The position numbers and the translations under genes were made by a program. Positions 36,401 to 50,300 of a DNA stretch of 64,000 nt are shown here, one piece after another. Source of the stretch: Eledone cirrhosa. Lineage: Eukaryota. Each line of letters starts with the position of its first letter. The stretch's first letter is position 1. The notes under the pieces are model-generated. The model did not search any database. It saw only the letters and a program-made list of their open reading frames with translations, and had not been told where the DNA came from. The DNA is taken from the NCBI GenBank assembly GCA_964016885.1, contig OZ024744.1:9300001-9364000 (forward strand), in the 5' to 3' direction.

Positions 36401-38475
36401 TGTGTATTAACTGCTTGTGTGATGTATGTGGTCCTAGATGTGTGTATTACCTGGTTATGTGTTGTATGTGGTGCTAGATGTATGTATTACCTGCTTGTGT
36501 GTTGTATGTGGCCCTATATGTGTGTATTACCTGCTTGTATGTTGTATGTGGTCCTAGATGTATGTATTACCTGGTTATGTGTTGTATGTAATCCTAGATG
36601 TATGTACTACCTGGTTATGTGTTGCATGTGGTCCTAGATGTATGTATTACCTGCTTGTGTGTTGTATGTGCTCCTAGATGTATGTATTACCTGGTTGTGT
36701 GTTCTATGTAGTCCTAGATGTGTGTATTACCTGGTTATGTGGTGTATGTAGTCCTAGATGTATGTATTACCTGCTTGTGTGTTGTATGTGGTCCTAGATG
36801 TATGTATTACCTGGTTTGGTGTTGTATGTGGTCCTAGATGTATGTATTACCTGCTTGTGTGTTGTATGTGGTCCTAGATGTATGTATTACCTGCCTGTGT
36901 GTTGTATGTGGTCCTAGATGTATGTATTACTTGGTTATGTGTTGTATGTGGTCCTAGATGTTGTTATAACCTGCCTGTTGTTGTATGTGGTCCTAGATGT
37001 GTGTATTACCTGCCTGTGTGTTGTATGTAGACCTAGATGTATGTATTACCTGGTTATGTGTTGTATGTGGTCCTAGATGTATGTATTACCAGCCTGTGTG
37101 TTGTATGTGGTCCTAGATGTATGTATTACCTGGTTTTGTGTTGTATGTGGTCCTAGATGTGTTATTACCTGCTTGTATGTTATATGTGGTCCTAGATGTG
37201 TGTATTACTTGCTTCTGTGTTCTATGTAGTCCTAGATGTATGTATTACCTGCTGGTGTGTTGTATGTGGTCCTGGATGTATGTATTACCTGCTTGTGTGT
37301 TGTATGTGGTCCTAGATGTGTGTATTACCTGCCTGTGTGTTGTATGTGGTCCTAGATGTATGTATTATCTGGTTGTGTGTTCTATGTGGTCCTAGATGTA
37401 TGTATTAACTGCTTGTGTGTTGTATGTAGTCCTAGATGTATGTATTACCTGGCTATGTGTTGTATGTGGTCCTAGATGTATGTATTACCTGCTTGTGTGT
37501 TGTATGTGGTCCTAGATGTATGTATTACCTGGTTATGTGTTGTATGTGGTCCTAGATGTATGTATTACCTGGTTATGTGTTGTATCTGGTCCTAGATGTA
37601 TGTATTACCTGTTTCTGTGTTGTATGTGGTCCTAGATGTATGTGCTACCTGGTTATGTGTTGTATGTGGTCCTAGATGTATGTATTACCTGCTTGTGTAT
37701 TGTATGTGGTCTTAGATGTGTGTATTACCTGGTTATGTGTTGTATGTAGTCTTATGTGTATTTATTACGTGCTTGTGTGTTGTATGTGGTCCTAGATGTG
37801 TGTATTACCTGCTTGTGTGTTGTATGTAGTCCTAGATGTGTGTATTACCTGGTTATGTGTTGTATATTGTCATAGATGTGTGTATTACCTGCTTGTGTGT
37901 TGTATGTGGTCCTAGATGTGTGTATTACTTGCTTGTGTGTTGTATGTAGTCCTAGATGTATATACTACCTGGTTATGTGTTGTATGTAGTCCTAGATGTG
38001 TGTATTACCTGCTTCTTTGTTGTATGTGGTCCTAGATGTATGTATTACCTACTGCTGTGTTGTATATGGTCCTAGATGTGTGTATTACCTGCTTGTGTGT
38101 TGTATGTGGTCCTAGATGTATGTATTACCTGGTTGTGTGTTCTATGTAGTCCTAGATGTATGTATTACCTGGTTATGTGTTGTATGTGGTCCTAGATGTA
38201 TGTATTACCTGTTTCTGTGTTGTACGTGGTCCTAGATGCATGTATTACCTGGTTATGTGTTGTATGTGGTGCTAGATGTATGTATTACCTGCTTGTGTGT
38301 TGTATGTGGCCCTATATGTGTGTATTACCTGCTTGTGTGTTGTATGTGGTCCTAGATGTATGTATTATCTGGTTATGTGTTGTATGTAATCCTAGATGTA
38401 TGTACTACCTGGTTATGTGTTGTATGTGGTCCTAGATGTATGTATTACCTGCTTGTGTGTTGTATGTGGTCCTAG
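33440..38475 (+). repeat. Two-copy tandem duplication, period 2518 bp (63 monomers, two of them 39-mers)
   Basis: ORF pairs at 33760/36278, 34599/37117 and 35678/38196. Confidence 0.9.
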
Positions 38476-38992
38476 ATGTATGTATTACCTGGTTGTGTGT
38501 TCTATGTAGTCCTAGATGTATGTATTACCTGGTTATGTGTTGTATGTAGTCCTATATGTGTGTATTACGTGGTTATGTGGTGTATGTAGTCCTAGATGTA
38601 TGTATTACCTGCTTGTGTGTCGTATGTGGTCCTAGATGTATGTATTACTTGGTTATGATGTATGTGGTCCTAGATGTTGTTATAACCTACCTGTTGTTGT
38701 ATGTGGTCCTAGAAGTGTGTATTACCTGCCTGTGTGTTGTATGTAGTCCTAGATGTATGTATTACCTGCTTGTGTGTTGTATGTGGTCCTAGATGTATGT
38801 ATTACCTGGTTATGTGGTGTATGTAGTCCTAGATGTATGTACTACCTGGTTATGTGTTGTATGTGGTCCGAGATGTATGTATTACCTGCTTGTGTGTTGT
38901 ATGTGGTCCTAGATATATGTATTACCTGGTTGTGTGTTCTATGTAGTCCTAGATGTATGTATTACCTGGTTATGTGTTGTATGTAGTCCTAG

Positions 38993-41900
38993 ATGTATGT
39001 ATTACCTGCTTGTGTGTTGTATGTGGTCCTAGATGTATGTATTGCTTGGTTATGTGTTGTATGTGGTCCTAGATGTTGTTATAACCTGTCTGTTGTTGTA
39101 TGTGGTCCTAGATGTGTGTATTACCTGCTTGTGTGTTGTATGTAGTCCTAGATGTATGTATTACCTGGTTATGTGTTGTATGTAGTCCTAGATGTATATA
39201 CTACCTGGTTATGTGTTGTATGTGGTCCTAGATGTATGTATTACCTGGTTATGTGTTGTATGTAGTCCTAGATGTGTGTATTACCTGGTTATGTGGTGTG
39301 TGTAGTCATAGATGTATGTATTACCTGCTTGTGTGTTGTATGTGCTCCTAGATGTATGTATTACCTGCTTGTGTGTTGTATGTGGTCCTAGATGTATGTA
39401 TTACCTGGTTATGTGTTGTATGTAGTCCTAGATCTGTGTATTACCTGATTATGTGGTGTATGTAGTCCAAGATGTATGTATTACCTGCTTGTGTGTTGTA
39501 AGTGGTCCTAGATGTATGTATTACTTGGTTATGTGTTGTATGTGGTCCTAGATGTTGTTATAACCTGCCTGCTGTTGTATGTGGTCCTAGATGTGTGTAT
39601 TAACTGCTTGTGTGTTGTATGCGGTCCTAGATGTATGTATTACCTGGTTATGTGTTGTATGTGGTCCTAGATGTGTGTATTACCTGCTTGTGTGTTGTAT
39701 GTGGCCTTAGATGTGTGTATTACCTGCTTGTGTGTTGTATGTGGCCCTAGATGTGTGTATTACCTGCTTGTGTGTTGTATGTTGTCCTAGATGTGTGTAT
39801 TCCCTGCTTGTGTGTTTTATGTGGTCCTAGATGTATGTATTACCTGCTTATGTGTTGTATGTGGTCGAAGATGTATGTATTACCTGCCAGTGTGTTGTAT
39901 GCGGTCCTAGATGTATGTATTACCTACTGGTGTGTTGTATGTGGCCCTAGATGTGTGTATTACCTGGTTATGTGTTGTATGTAGTCCTAGATGTGTGTAT
40001 TACCCGCTTGTATGTTGTATATAGTCCTAGATGTATGTATTACCTGCTTGTGTGTTGTATGTAGTCCTAGATGTGTGTATTACCTGCTTGTGTGTTGTAT
40101 GTGGCCTTAGATGTGTGTATTACCTGCTTGTGTGTTGCATGTGGCCCTAGATGTGTGTATTACCTGGTTATGTGTTGTATGTAGTCTTATGTGTATTTAT
40201 TACGTGCTTGTGTGTTGTATGTGGTCCTAGATGTGTGTATTACTTGCTTATGTGTTCTATGTAGTCCTAGATGTATGTATTACCTGGTTATGTGTTGTAT
40301 GTAGTCATAGATGTATGTATTACTTGGTTATGTGTTGTACGTGGTCCTAGATGTGTGTATTACCTGCTTGTGTGTCCTAGATAATGTATTACCTGCTTGT
40401 GTGTTGTATGTGTTCCTATATGTGTGTATTACCTGCTTGTGTGTTGTATGTAGTCCTAGATGTATGTATTACCTGCTTGTGTGTTGTATGTAGTCCTTGA
40501 TGTATGTATTACCTGCTTGTGTGTTGTGTGTAGTCCTAGATGTGTGTATTACCTGCTTGTGTGTTGTATGTGGCCCTAGATGTGTGTATTACCTGCTTGT
40601 GTGTTGTATGTGGCCCTAGATGTGTGTATTACCTGTTTATGTGTTGTATGTAGTCCTAGATGTGTGTATTACCTGCTTGTATGTTGTATATAGTCCTAGA
40701 TGTATGTATTACCTGCTTGTGTGTTGTATGTAGTCTTAGATGTGTGTATTACCTGCTTCTGTGTTGTATGTGGCCTTAGATGTGTGTATTACCTGCTTGT
40801 GTGTTGTATGTGGTCCTAGATGTGTGTATTACCTGCTTATGTGTTGTATGTGGTCCAAGATGTATGTATTACCAGCCTGTGTGTTGTATGTGGTCCTAGA
40901 TGTATGTATTACCTGGTTATGTGTTGTATGTGGTCCTAGATGTGTTATTACCTGCTTGTATGTTTTATGTGGTCCTAGATGTGTGTATTACTTGCTTGTG
41001 TGTTCTATGTAGTCCTAGATGTATGTATTACCTGCTGGTGTGTTGTATGTGGTCCTGGATGTATGTATTACCTGCTTGTGTGTTGTATGTGGTTCTAGAT
41101 GTATATATTACCTGGTTATGTGTTGTATGTGGTCCTAGATGTATGTATTACCTGGTTATGTTTTGTATGTAGTCCTAGATGTATGTATTACCTGGTTATG
41201 TGTTGTATGTAGTCCTAGATGTTGTTATAACCTGTCTGTTGTTGTATGTGGTCCTAGATGTGTGTATTACCTGCTTGTGTGTTGTATGTAGTCCTAGATG
41301 TATGTATTACCTGGTTATGTGTTGTATGTAGTCCTAGATGTATGTACTACCTGGTTATGTGTTGTATGTGGTCCTAGATGTATGTATTACCAGGTTGTAT
41401 GTTCTATGTAGTCCTAGATGTATGTATTACCTGGTTATGTGTTGTATGTAGTCCTAGATGTGTGTATTACCTGGTTATGTGGTGTATGTTGTCATAGATG
41501 TATGTATTACCTGCTTGTGTGTTGTATGTGGTCCTAGATGTATGTATTACTTGGTTATGTGTTGTATGTGGTCCTAGATGTTGTTATAACCTGTCTGTTG
41601 TTGTATGTGGTCCTAGATGTGTGTATTACCTGCTTGTGTGTTGTATGTGGTCCTAGATGTATGTATTACCTGGTTATGTGTTGTATGTGGTCCTAGATGT
41701 GTTATTACCTGCTTGTATGTTATATGTGGTCCTAGATGTGTGTATTACTTGTTTGTGTGTTCTATGTAGTCCTAGATGTATGTATTACCTGGTTATGTGT
41801 TGTATGTAGTCATAGATGTATGTATTACTTGGTTATGTGTTGTATGTGTTCCTAGATGTGTGTATTACCTGCATGTGTGTCCTAGATGTATGTATTACCT

Positions 41901-44900
41901 GCTTGTGTGTTGTATGTGTTCCTATATGTGTGTATTACCTGCTTGTGTGTTGTATGTAGTGTTAGATGTATGTATTACCTGCCTGTGTGTTGTATGTGGT
42001 CCTAGATGTATGTATTACCTGCTTGTGTGTTGTATGTAGTCCTTGATGTATGTATTACCTGCTTGTGTGTTGTATGTAGTCCTAGATGTGTGTATTACCT
42101 GCTTGTGTGTTGTATGTGGCCCTAGATGTGTGTATTACCTGCTTGTGTGTTGTATGTGACCCTAGATGTGTGTATTACCTGGTTATGTGTTGTATGTAGT
42201 CCTAGATGTGTGTATTACCCGCTTGTATGTTGTATATAGTCCTAGATGTATGTATTACCTGCTTGTGTGTTGTATGTAGTCCTAGATGTGTGTATTACCT
42301 GCTTGTGTGTTGTATGTGGCCTTAGATGTGTGTATTACCTGCTTGTGTGTTGAATGTGGCCCTAGATGTGTGTATTACCTGCTTGTGTGTTGTATGTGGT
42401 CCTAGATGTGTGTATTCCCAGCTTGTGTGTTGTATGTGGTCCTAGATGTATGTATTACCTGCTTATGTGTTGTATGTGGTCGAAGATGTATGTATTACCT
42501 GCCAGTGTGTTGTATGCGGTCCTAGATGTATGTATTACCTACTGGTGTGTTGTATGTGGTCCTAGATGTGTGTATTACCTGCTTGTGTGTTGTATGTGGT
42601 CCTAGATGTATGTATTACATGGTTATGTGTTGTATGTGGTCCTAGATGTATCTATTACCTGGTTATGTGTTGTATGTCGTCCTGGATGTATGTATTACCT
42701 GCCTGTGTGTTGTATGTGTTTCTAGATGTATGTATTACCTGGTTATGTGTTGTATGTGGTCCTAGATGTATGTATTACCTTCTTGTGTGTTGTATTTGGT
42801 CCTAGATGTATGTATTATCTGCTTGTGTGTTGTATGTGGTCCTAGATGTATGTATTACCTGCTTGTGTGTTGTATGTTGTCCTAGATCTATGTATTACCT
42901 GCCTGTGTGTTGTATGTAGTCCTAGATGAATGTATTACCTGCCTGTGTGTTGTATGTAGTCCTGGATGTATATATTACCTGCCTGTGTGTTGTATGTCGT
43001 CCTAGATGTATGTATTACCTGCCTGTGTGTTGTATGTGGTCCTAGATCTATGTATTACCTGCCTGTGTATTGTATGTGGTCCTAGATGTATGTATTACCT
43101 GCTTGCGTGTTGTATGTAGTCCTAGATGTATGTATTCCCTGCTTGTGTGTTGTATGTAGTCCTAGATGTATGTATTACCTGCTTGTGTGTTGTATGTGGT
43201 CCTAGATGTATGTATTGCTTGGTTATGTGTTGTATGTGGTCCTAGATGTTGTTATAACCTGTCTGTTGTTGTATGTGGTCCTAGATGTGTGTATTACCTG
43301 CTTGTGTGTTGTATGTAGTCCTAGATGTATGTATTACCTGGTTATGTGTTGTATGTAGTCCTAGATGTATATACTACCTGGTTATGTGTTGTATGTGGTC
43401 CTAGATGTATGTATTACCTGGTTATGTGTTGTATGTAGTCCTAGATGTGTGTATTACCTGGTTATGTGGTGTGTGTAGTCATAGATGTATGTATTACCTG
43501 CTTGTGTGTTGTATGTGCTCCTAGATGTATGTATTACCTGCTTGTGTGTTGTATGTGGTCCTAGATGTATGTATTACCTGGTTATGTGTTGTATGTAGTC
43601 CTAGATCTGTGTATTACCTGATTATGTGGTGTATGTAGTCCAAGATGTATGTATTACCTGCTTGTGTGTTGTAAGTGGTCCTAGATGTATGTATTACTTG
43701 GTTATGTGTTGTATGTGGTCCTAGATGTTGTTATAACCTGCCTGCTGTTGTATGTGGTCCTAGATGTGTGTATTAACTGCTTGTGTGTTGTATGCGGTCC
43801 TAGATGTATGTATTACCTGGTTATGTGTTGTATGTGGTCCTAGATGTGTGTATTACCTGCTTGTGTGTTGTATGTGGCCTTAGATGTGTGTATTACCTGC
43901 TTGTGTGTTGTATGTGGCCCTAGATGTGTGTATTACCTGCTTGTGTGTTGTATGTTGTCCTAGATGTGTGTATTCCCTGCTTGTGTGTTTTATGTGGTCC
44001 TAGATGTATGTATTACCTGCTTATGTGTTGTATGTGGTCGAAGATGTATGTATTACCTGCCAGTGTGTTGTATGCGGTCCTAGATGTATGTATTACCTAC
44101 TGGTGTGTTGTATGTGGCCCTAGATGTGTGTATTACCTGGTTATGTGTTGTATGTAGTCCTAGATGTGTGTATTACCCGCTTGTATGTTGTATATAGTCC
44201 TAGATGTATGTATTACCTGCTTGTGTGTTGTATGTAGTCCTAGATGTGTGTATTACCTGCTTGTGTGTTGTATGTGGCCTTAGATGTGTGTATTACCTGC
44301 TTGTGTGTTGCATGTGGCCCTAGATGTGTGTATTACCTGGTTATGTGTTGTATGTAGTCTTATGTGTATTTATTACGTGCTTGTGTGTTGTATGTGGTCC
44401 TAGATGTGTGTATTACTTGCTTATGTGTTCTATGTAGTCCTAGATGTATGTATTACCTGGTTATGTGTTGTATGTAGTCATAGATGTATGTATTACTTGG
44501 TTATGTGTTGTACGTGGTCCTAGATGTGTGTATTACCTGCTTGTGTGTCCTAGATAATGTATTACCTGCTTGTGTGTTGTATGTGTTCCTATATGTGTGT
44601 ATTACCTGCTTGTGTGTTGTATGTAGTCCTAGATGTATGTATTACCTGCTTGTGTGTTGTATGTAGTCCTTGATGTATGTATTACCTGCTTGTGTGTTGT
44701 GTGTAGTCCTAGATGTGTGTATTACCTGCTTGTGTGTTGTATGTGGCCCTAGATGTGTGTATTACCTGCTTGTGTGTTGTATGTGGCCCTAGATGTGTGT
44801 ATTACCTGTTTATGTGTTGTATGTAGTCCTAGATGTGTGTATTACCTGCTTGTATGTTGTATATAGTCCTAGATGTATGTATTACCTGCTTGTGTGTTGT

Positions 44901-47378
44901 ATGTAGTCTTAGATGTGTGTATTACCTGCTTCTGTGTTGTATGTGGCCTTAGATGTGTGTATTACCTGCTTGTGTGTTGTATGTGGTCCTAGATGTGTGT
45001 ATTCCCTGATTGTGTGTTGTATGTGGTCCTAGATGTATGTATTACCTGCTTATGTGTTGTATGTGGTCCAAGATGTATGTATTACCAGCCTGTGTGTTGT
45101 ATGTGGTCCTAGATGTATGTATTACCTGGTTATGTGTTGTATGTGGTCCTAGATGTGTTATTACCTGCTTGTATGTTTTATGTGGTCCTAGATGTGTGTA
45201 TTACTTGCTTGTGTGTTCTATGTAGTCCTAGATGTATGTATTACCTGCTGGTGTGTTGTATGTGGTCCTGGATGTATGTATTACCTGCTTGTGTGTTGTA
45301 TGTGGTTCTAGATGTATATATTACCTGGTTATGTGTTGTATGTGGTCCTAGATGTATGTATTACCTGGTTATGTTTTGTATGTAGTCCTAGATGTATGTA
45401 TTACCTGGTTATGTGTTGTATGTAGTCCTAGATGTTGTTATAACCTGTCTGTTGTTGTATGTGGTCCTAGATGTGTGTATTACCTGCTTGTGTGTTGTAT
45501 GTAGTCCTAGATGTATGTATTACCTGGTTATGTGTTGTATGTAGTCCTAGATGTATGTACTACCTGGTTATGTGTTGTATGTGGTCCTAGATGTATGTAT
45601 TACCAGGTTGTATGTTCTATGTAGTCCTAGATGTATGTATTACCTGGTTATGTGTTGTATGTAGTCCTAGATGTGTGTATTACCTGGTTATGTGGTGTAT
45701 GTTGTCATAGATGTATGTATTACCTGCTTGTGTGTTGTATGTGGTCCTAGATGTATGTATTACTTGGTTATGTGTTGTATGTGGTCCTAGATGTTGTTAT
45801 AACCTGTCTGTTGTTGTATGTGGTCCTAGATGTGTGTATTACCTGCTTGTGTGTTGTATGTGGTCCTAGATGTATGTATTACCTGGTTATGTGTTGTATG
45901 TGGTCCTAGATGTGTTATTACCTGCTTGTATGTTATATGTGGTCCTAGATGTGTGTATTACTTGCTTGTGTGTTCTATGTAGTCCTAGATGTATGTATTA
46001 CCTGGTTATGTGTTGTATGTAGTCATAGATGTATGTATTACTTGGTTATGTGTCGTATGTGTTCCTAGATGTGTGTATTACCTGCTTGTGTGTCCTAGAT
46101 GTATGTATTACCTGCTTGTGTGTTGTATGTGTTCCTATATGTGTGTAATACCTGCTTGTGTGTTGTATGTAGTGTTAGATGTATGTATTACCTGCCTGTG
46201 TGTTGTATGTGGTCCTAGATGTATGTATTACCTGCTTGTGTGTTGTATGTAGTCCTTGATGTATGTATTACCTGCTTGTGTGTTGTATGTAGTCCTAGAT
46301 GTGTGTATTACCTGCTTGTGTGTTGTATGTGGCCCTAGATGTGTGTATTACCTGCTTGTGTGTTGTATGTGACCCTAGATGTGTGTATTACCTGGTTATG
46401 TGTTGTATGTAGTCCTAGATGTGTGTATTACCCGCTTGTATGTTGTATATAGTCCTAGATGTATGTATTACCTGCTTGTGTGTTGTATGTAGTCCTAGAT
46501 GTGTGTATTACCTGCTTGTGTGTTGTATGTGGCCTTAGATGTGTGTATTACCTGCTTGTGTGTTGAATGTGGCCCTAGATGTGTGTATTACCTGCTTGTG
46601 TGTTGTATGTGGTCCTAGATGTGTGTATTCCCAGCTTGTGTGTTGTATGTGGTCCTAGATGTATGTATTACCTGCTTATGTGTTGTATGTGGTCGAAGAT
46701 GTATGTATTACCTGCCAGTGTGTTGTATGCGGTCCTAGATGTATGTATTAACTACTGGTGTGTTGTATGTGGTCCTAGATGTGTGTATTACCTGCTTGTG
46801 TGTTGTATGTGGTCCTAGATGTATGTATTACATGGTTATGTGTTGTATGTGGTCCTAGATGTATCTATTACCTGGTTATGTGTTGTATGTGGTACTGGAT
46901 GTATGTATTACCTGCCTGTGTGTTGTATGTGTTTCTAGATGTATGTATTACCTGGTTATGTGTTGTATGTGGTCCTAGATGTATGTATTACCTGCTTGTG
47001 TGTTGTATTTGGTCCTAGATGTATGTATTATCTGCTTGTGTGTTGTATGTGGTCCTAGATGTATGTATTACCTGCTTGTGTGTTGTATGTTGTCCTAGAT
47101 CTATGTATTACCTGCCTGTGTGTTGTATGTAGTCCTAGATGAATGTATTACCTGCCTGTGTGTTGTATGTAGTCCTGGATGTATGTATTACCTGCCTGTC
47201 TGTTGTATGTCGTCCTAGATGTATGTATTACCTGCCTGTGTGTTGTATGTGGTCCTAGATCTATGTATTACCTGCCAGTGTATTGTATGTGGTCCTAGAT
47301 GTATGTATTACCTGCTTGCGTGTTGTATGTAGTCCTAGATGTATGTATTCCCTGCTTGTGTGTTGTATGTAGTCCTAG
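38993..47378 (+). repeat. Two-copy tandem duplication, period 4173-4213 bp
   Basis: ORF pairs at 39751/43924 and 40311/44484 (offset 4173), and 40900/45113, 41776/45989 and 42366/46579 (offset 4213). The variant ATTGCTTGG occurs at 39041 and 43214. Confidence 0.9.
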
Positions 47379-50300
47379 ATGTATGTATTCCCTGCTTGTG
47401 TGTTGTATGTAGTCCTAGATGTATGTATTACCTGCTTGCCTTGTGTGTTGTATGTAGTCCTAGATGTATGTATTACCTGCTTGTGTGTTGTATGTAGTCT
47501 TAGGTGTATTTATTACGTGCTTGTGTGTTGTATGTAGTCCTAGATGTATGTATTACCTGCTTGCCTTGTGTGTTGTATGTAGTCCTAGATCTATGTATTA
47601 CCTGCCTGTGTGTTGTATGTGGTCCTAGATGTATGTATTACCTCCTTGTGTGTTGTATGTAGTCCTAGATGTATGTATTCCCTGCTTGTGTGTTGTATGT
47701 GGTCCTAGATGTGTGTATTACCTGCCTGTGTGTTGTATGTGGTCCTAGATGTATGTATTACCTGCTTGTGTGTTGTATGTAGTCCTAGATGTATGTATTA
47801 CCTGCTTGTCTTGTGTGTTGTATGTAGTCCTAGATGTATGTATTACCTGGTTATGTGTTGTATGTGGTCCTAGATGTATGTATTACCAGCCTGTGTGTTG
47901 TATGTGGTCCTAGATGTATGTATTACCTGGTTATGTGTTGTATGTGGTCCTAGATGTGTTATTACCTGCTTGTATGTTTTATGTGGTCCTGGATGTGTGT
48001 ATTACTTGCTTGTGTGTTCTATGTAGTCCTAGATGTATGTATTACCTGCTGGTGTGTTGTATGTGGTCCTGGATGTATGAATTACCTGCTTGTGTGTTGT
48101 ATGTGGTTCTAGATGTATGTATTACCTGGTTATGTGTTGTATGTGGTCCTAGATGTATGTATTACCTGGTTATGTGTTGTATGTAGTCCTAGATGTATGT
48201 ACTACCTGGTTATGTGTTGTATGTGGTGCTAGATGTATGTATTACCTGCTTGTGTGTTGTATGTGGTCCTAGATATATGTATTACCTGGTTGTGTGTTCT
48301 ATGTAGTCCTAGATGTATGTATTACCTGGTTATGTGTTGTATGTAATCCTAGATGTATGTATTACCTGCTTGTGTGTTGTATGTGGTCCTTGATGTATGT
48401 GTTACTTGGTTATGTGTTGTATGTGGTCCTAGATGTTGTTATAACCTGTCTGTTGTTGTATGTGGTCCTAGATGTGTGTATTACCTGCTTGTGTGTTGTA
48501 TGTAGTCCTAGATGTATGTATTACCTGGTTATGTGTTGTATGTGGTCCTAGATGTGTTATTACCTGCTTGTATGTTATATGTGGCCCTAGATGTGTGTAT
48601 TCCCTGCTTGTGTGTTGTATGTAGTCCTAGATGTATGTATTCCCTGCTTGTGTGTTGTATGTAGTCCTAGATGTATGTATTACCTGCTTGCCTTGTGTGT
48701 TGTATGTAGTCCTAGATGTATGTATTACCTGCTTGTGTGTTGTATGTAGTCCTAGATGTATGTATTACCTGCTTGCCTTGTGTGTTGTATGTAGTCCTAG
48801 ATGTATGTATTACCTGCTTGCCTTGTGTGTTGTATGTAGTCCTAGATCTATGTATTACCTGCCTGTGTGTTGTATGGGGTCCTAGATGTATGTATTACCT
48901 GCTTGTGTGTTGTATGTAGTCCTAGATGTATGTATTCCCTGCTTGTGTGTTGTATGTCGTCCTAGATGTATGTATTACCTGCTTGTGTGTTGTATGTGGT
49001 CCTAGATGTGTGTATTACCTGCCTGTGTGTTGTATGTGGTCCTAGATGTATGTATTACCTGCTTGTGTGTTGTATGTAGTCCTAGATGTATGTATTACCT
49101 GCTTGCCTTGTGTGTTGTATGTAGTCCTAGATGTATGTATTACCTGCTTGTGTGTTGTATGTAGTCTTAGGTGTATTTATTACGTGCTTGTGTGTTGTAT
49201 GTGGTCCTAGATGTGTGTATTACCTGCTTGTGTGTTGTATGTAGTCCTAGATGTGTGTATTACCTGGTTATGTGTTGTATATTGTCATAGATGTGTGTAT
49301 TACCTGCTTGTGTGTTGTATGTGGTCCTAGATGTGTGTATTACTTGCTTGTGTGTTGTATGTAGTCCTAGATGTATATACTACCTGGTTATGTGTTGTAT
49401 GTAGTCCTAGATGTGTGTATTACCTGCTTCTTTGTTGTATGTGGTCCTAGATGTATGTATTACCTACTGCTGTGTTGTATATGGTCCTAGATGTGTGTAT
49501 TACCTGCTTGTGTGTTGTATGTGGTCCTAGATGTATGTATTACCTGGTTGTGTGTTCTATGTAGTCCTAGATGTATGTATTACCTGGTTATGTGTTGTAT
49601 GTGGTCCTAGATGTATGTATTACCTGTTTCTGTGTTGTACGTGGTCCTAGATGCATGTATTACCTGGTTATGTGTTGTATGTGGTGCTAGATGTATGTAT
49701 TACCTGCTTGTGTGTTGTATGTGGCCCTATATGTGTGTATTACCTGCTTGTGTGTTGTATGTGGTCCTAGATGTATATATTACCTGGTTATGTGTTGTAT
49801 GTAATCCTAGATGTATGTACTACCTGGTTATGTGTTGTATGTGGTCCTAGATGTATGTATTACCTGCGTGTGTGTTGTATGTGGTCCTAGATGTATGTAT
49901 TACCTGGTTGTGTGTTGTATGTGGTCCTGGATGTATGTATTACCTGCCTGTGTGTTGTATGTAGTCCTGGATGTATGTATTACCTGCCTGTGTGTTGTAT
50001 GTGGTCCTACATGTATGTATTACCTGCCTGTGTGTTGTATGTAGTCCTAGATGTATGTATTACCTGATTGTGTGTTGTATGTAGTCCTAGATGTATGTAT
50101 TACCTGCTTGTGTGTTGTATGTGGTCCTAGATGTATGTATTACCTGCCTGTGTGTTGTATGTAGTCCTAGATCTATGTATTACCTGCCTGTGTGTTGTAT
50201 GTAGTCCTAGATGTATGTATTACCTGCCTGTGTGTTGTATGTAGTCCTAGATGTGTGTATTACCTGCTTGTATGTTATATGTGGCCCTATATGTGTGTAT

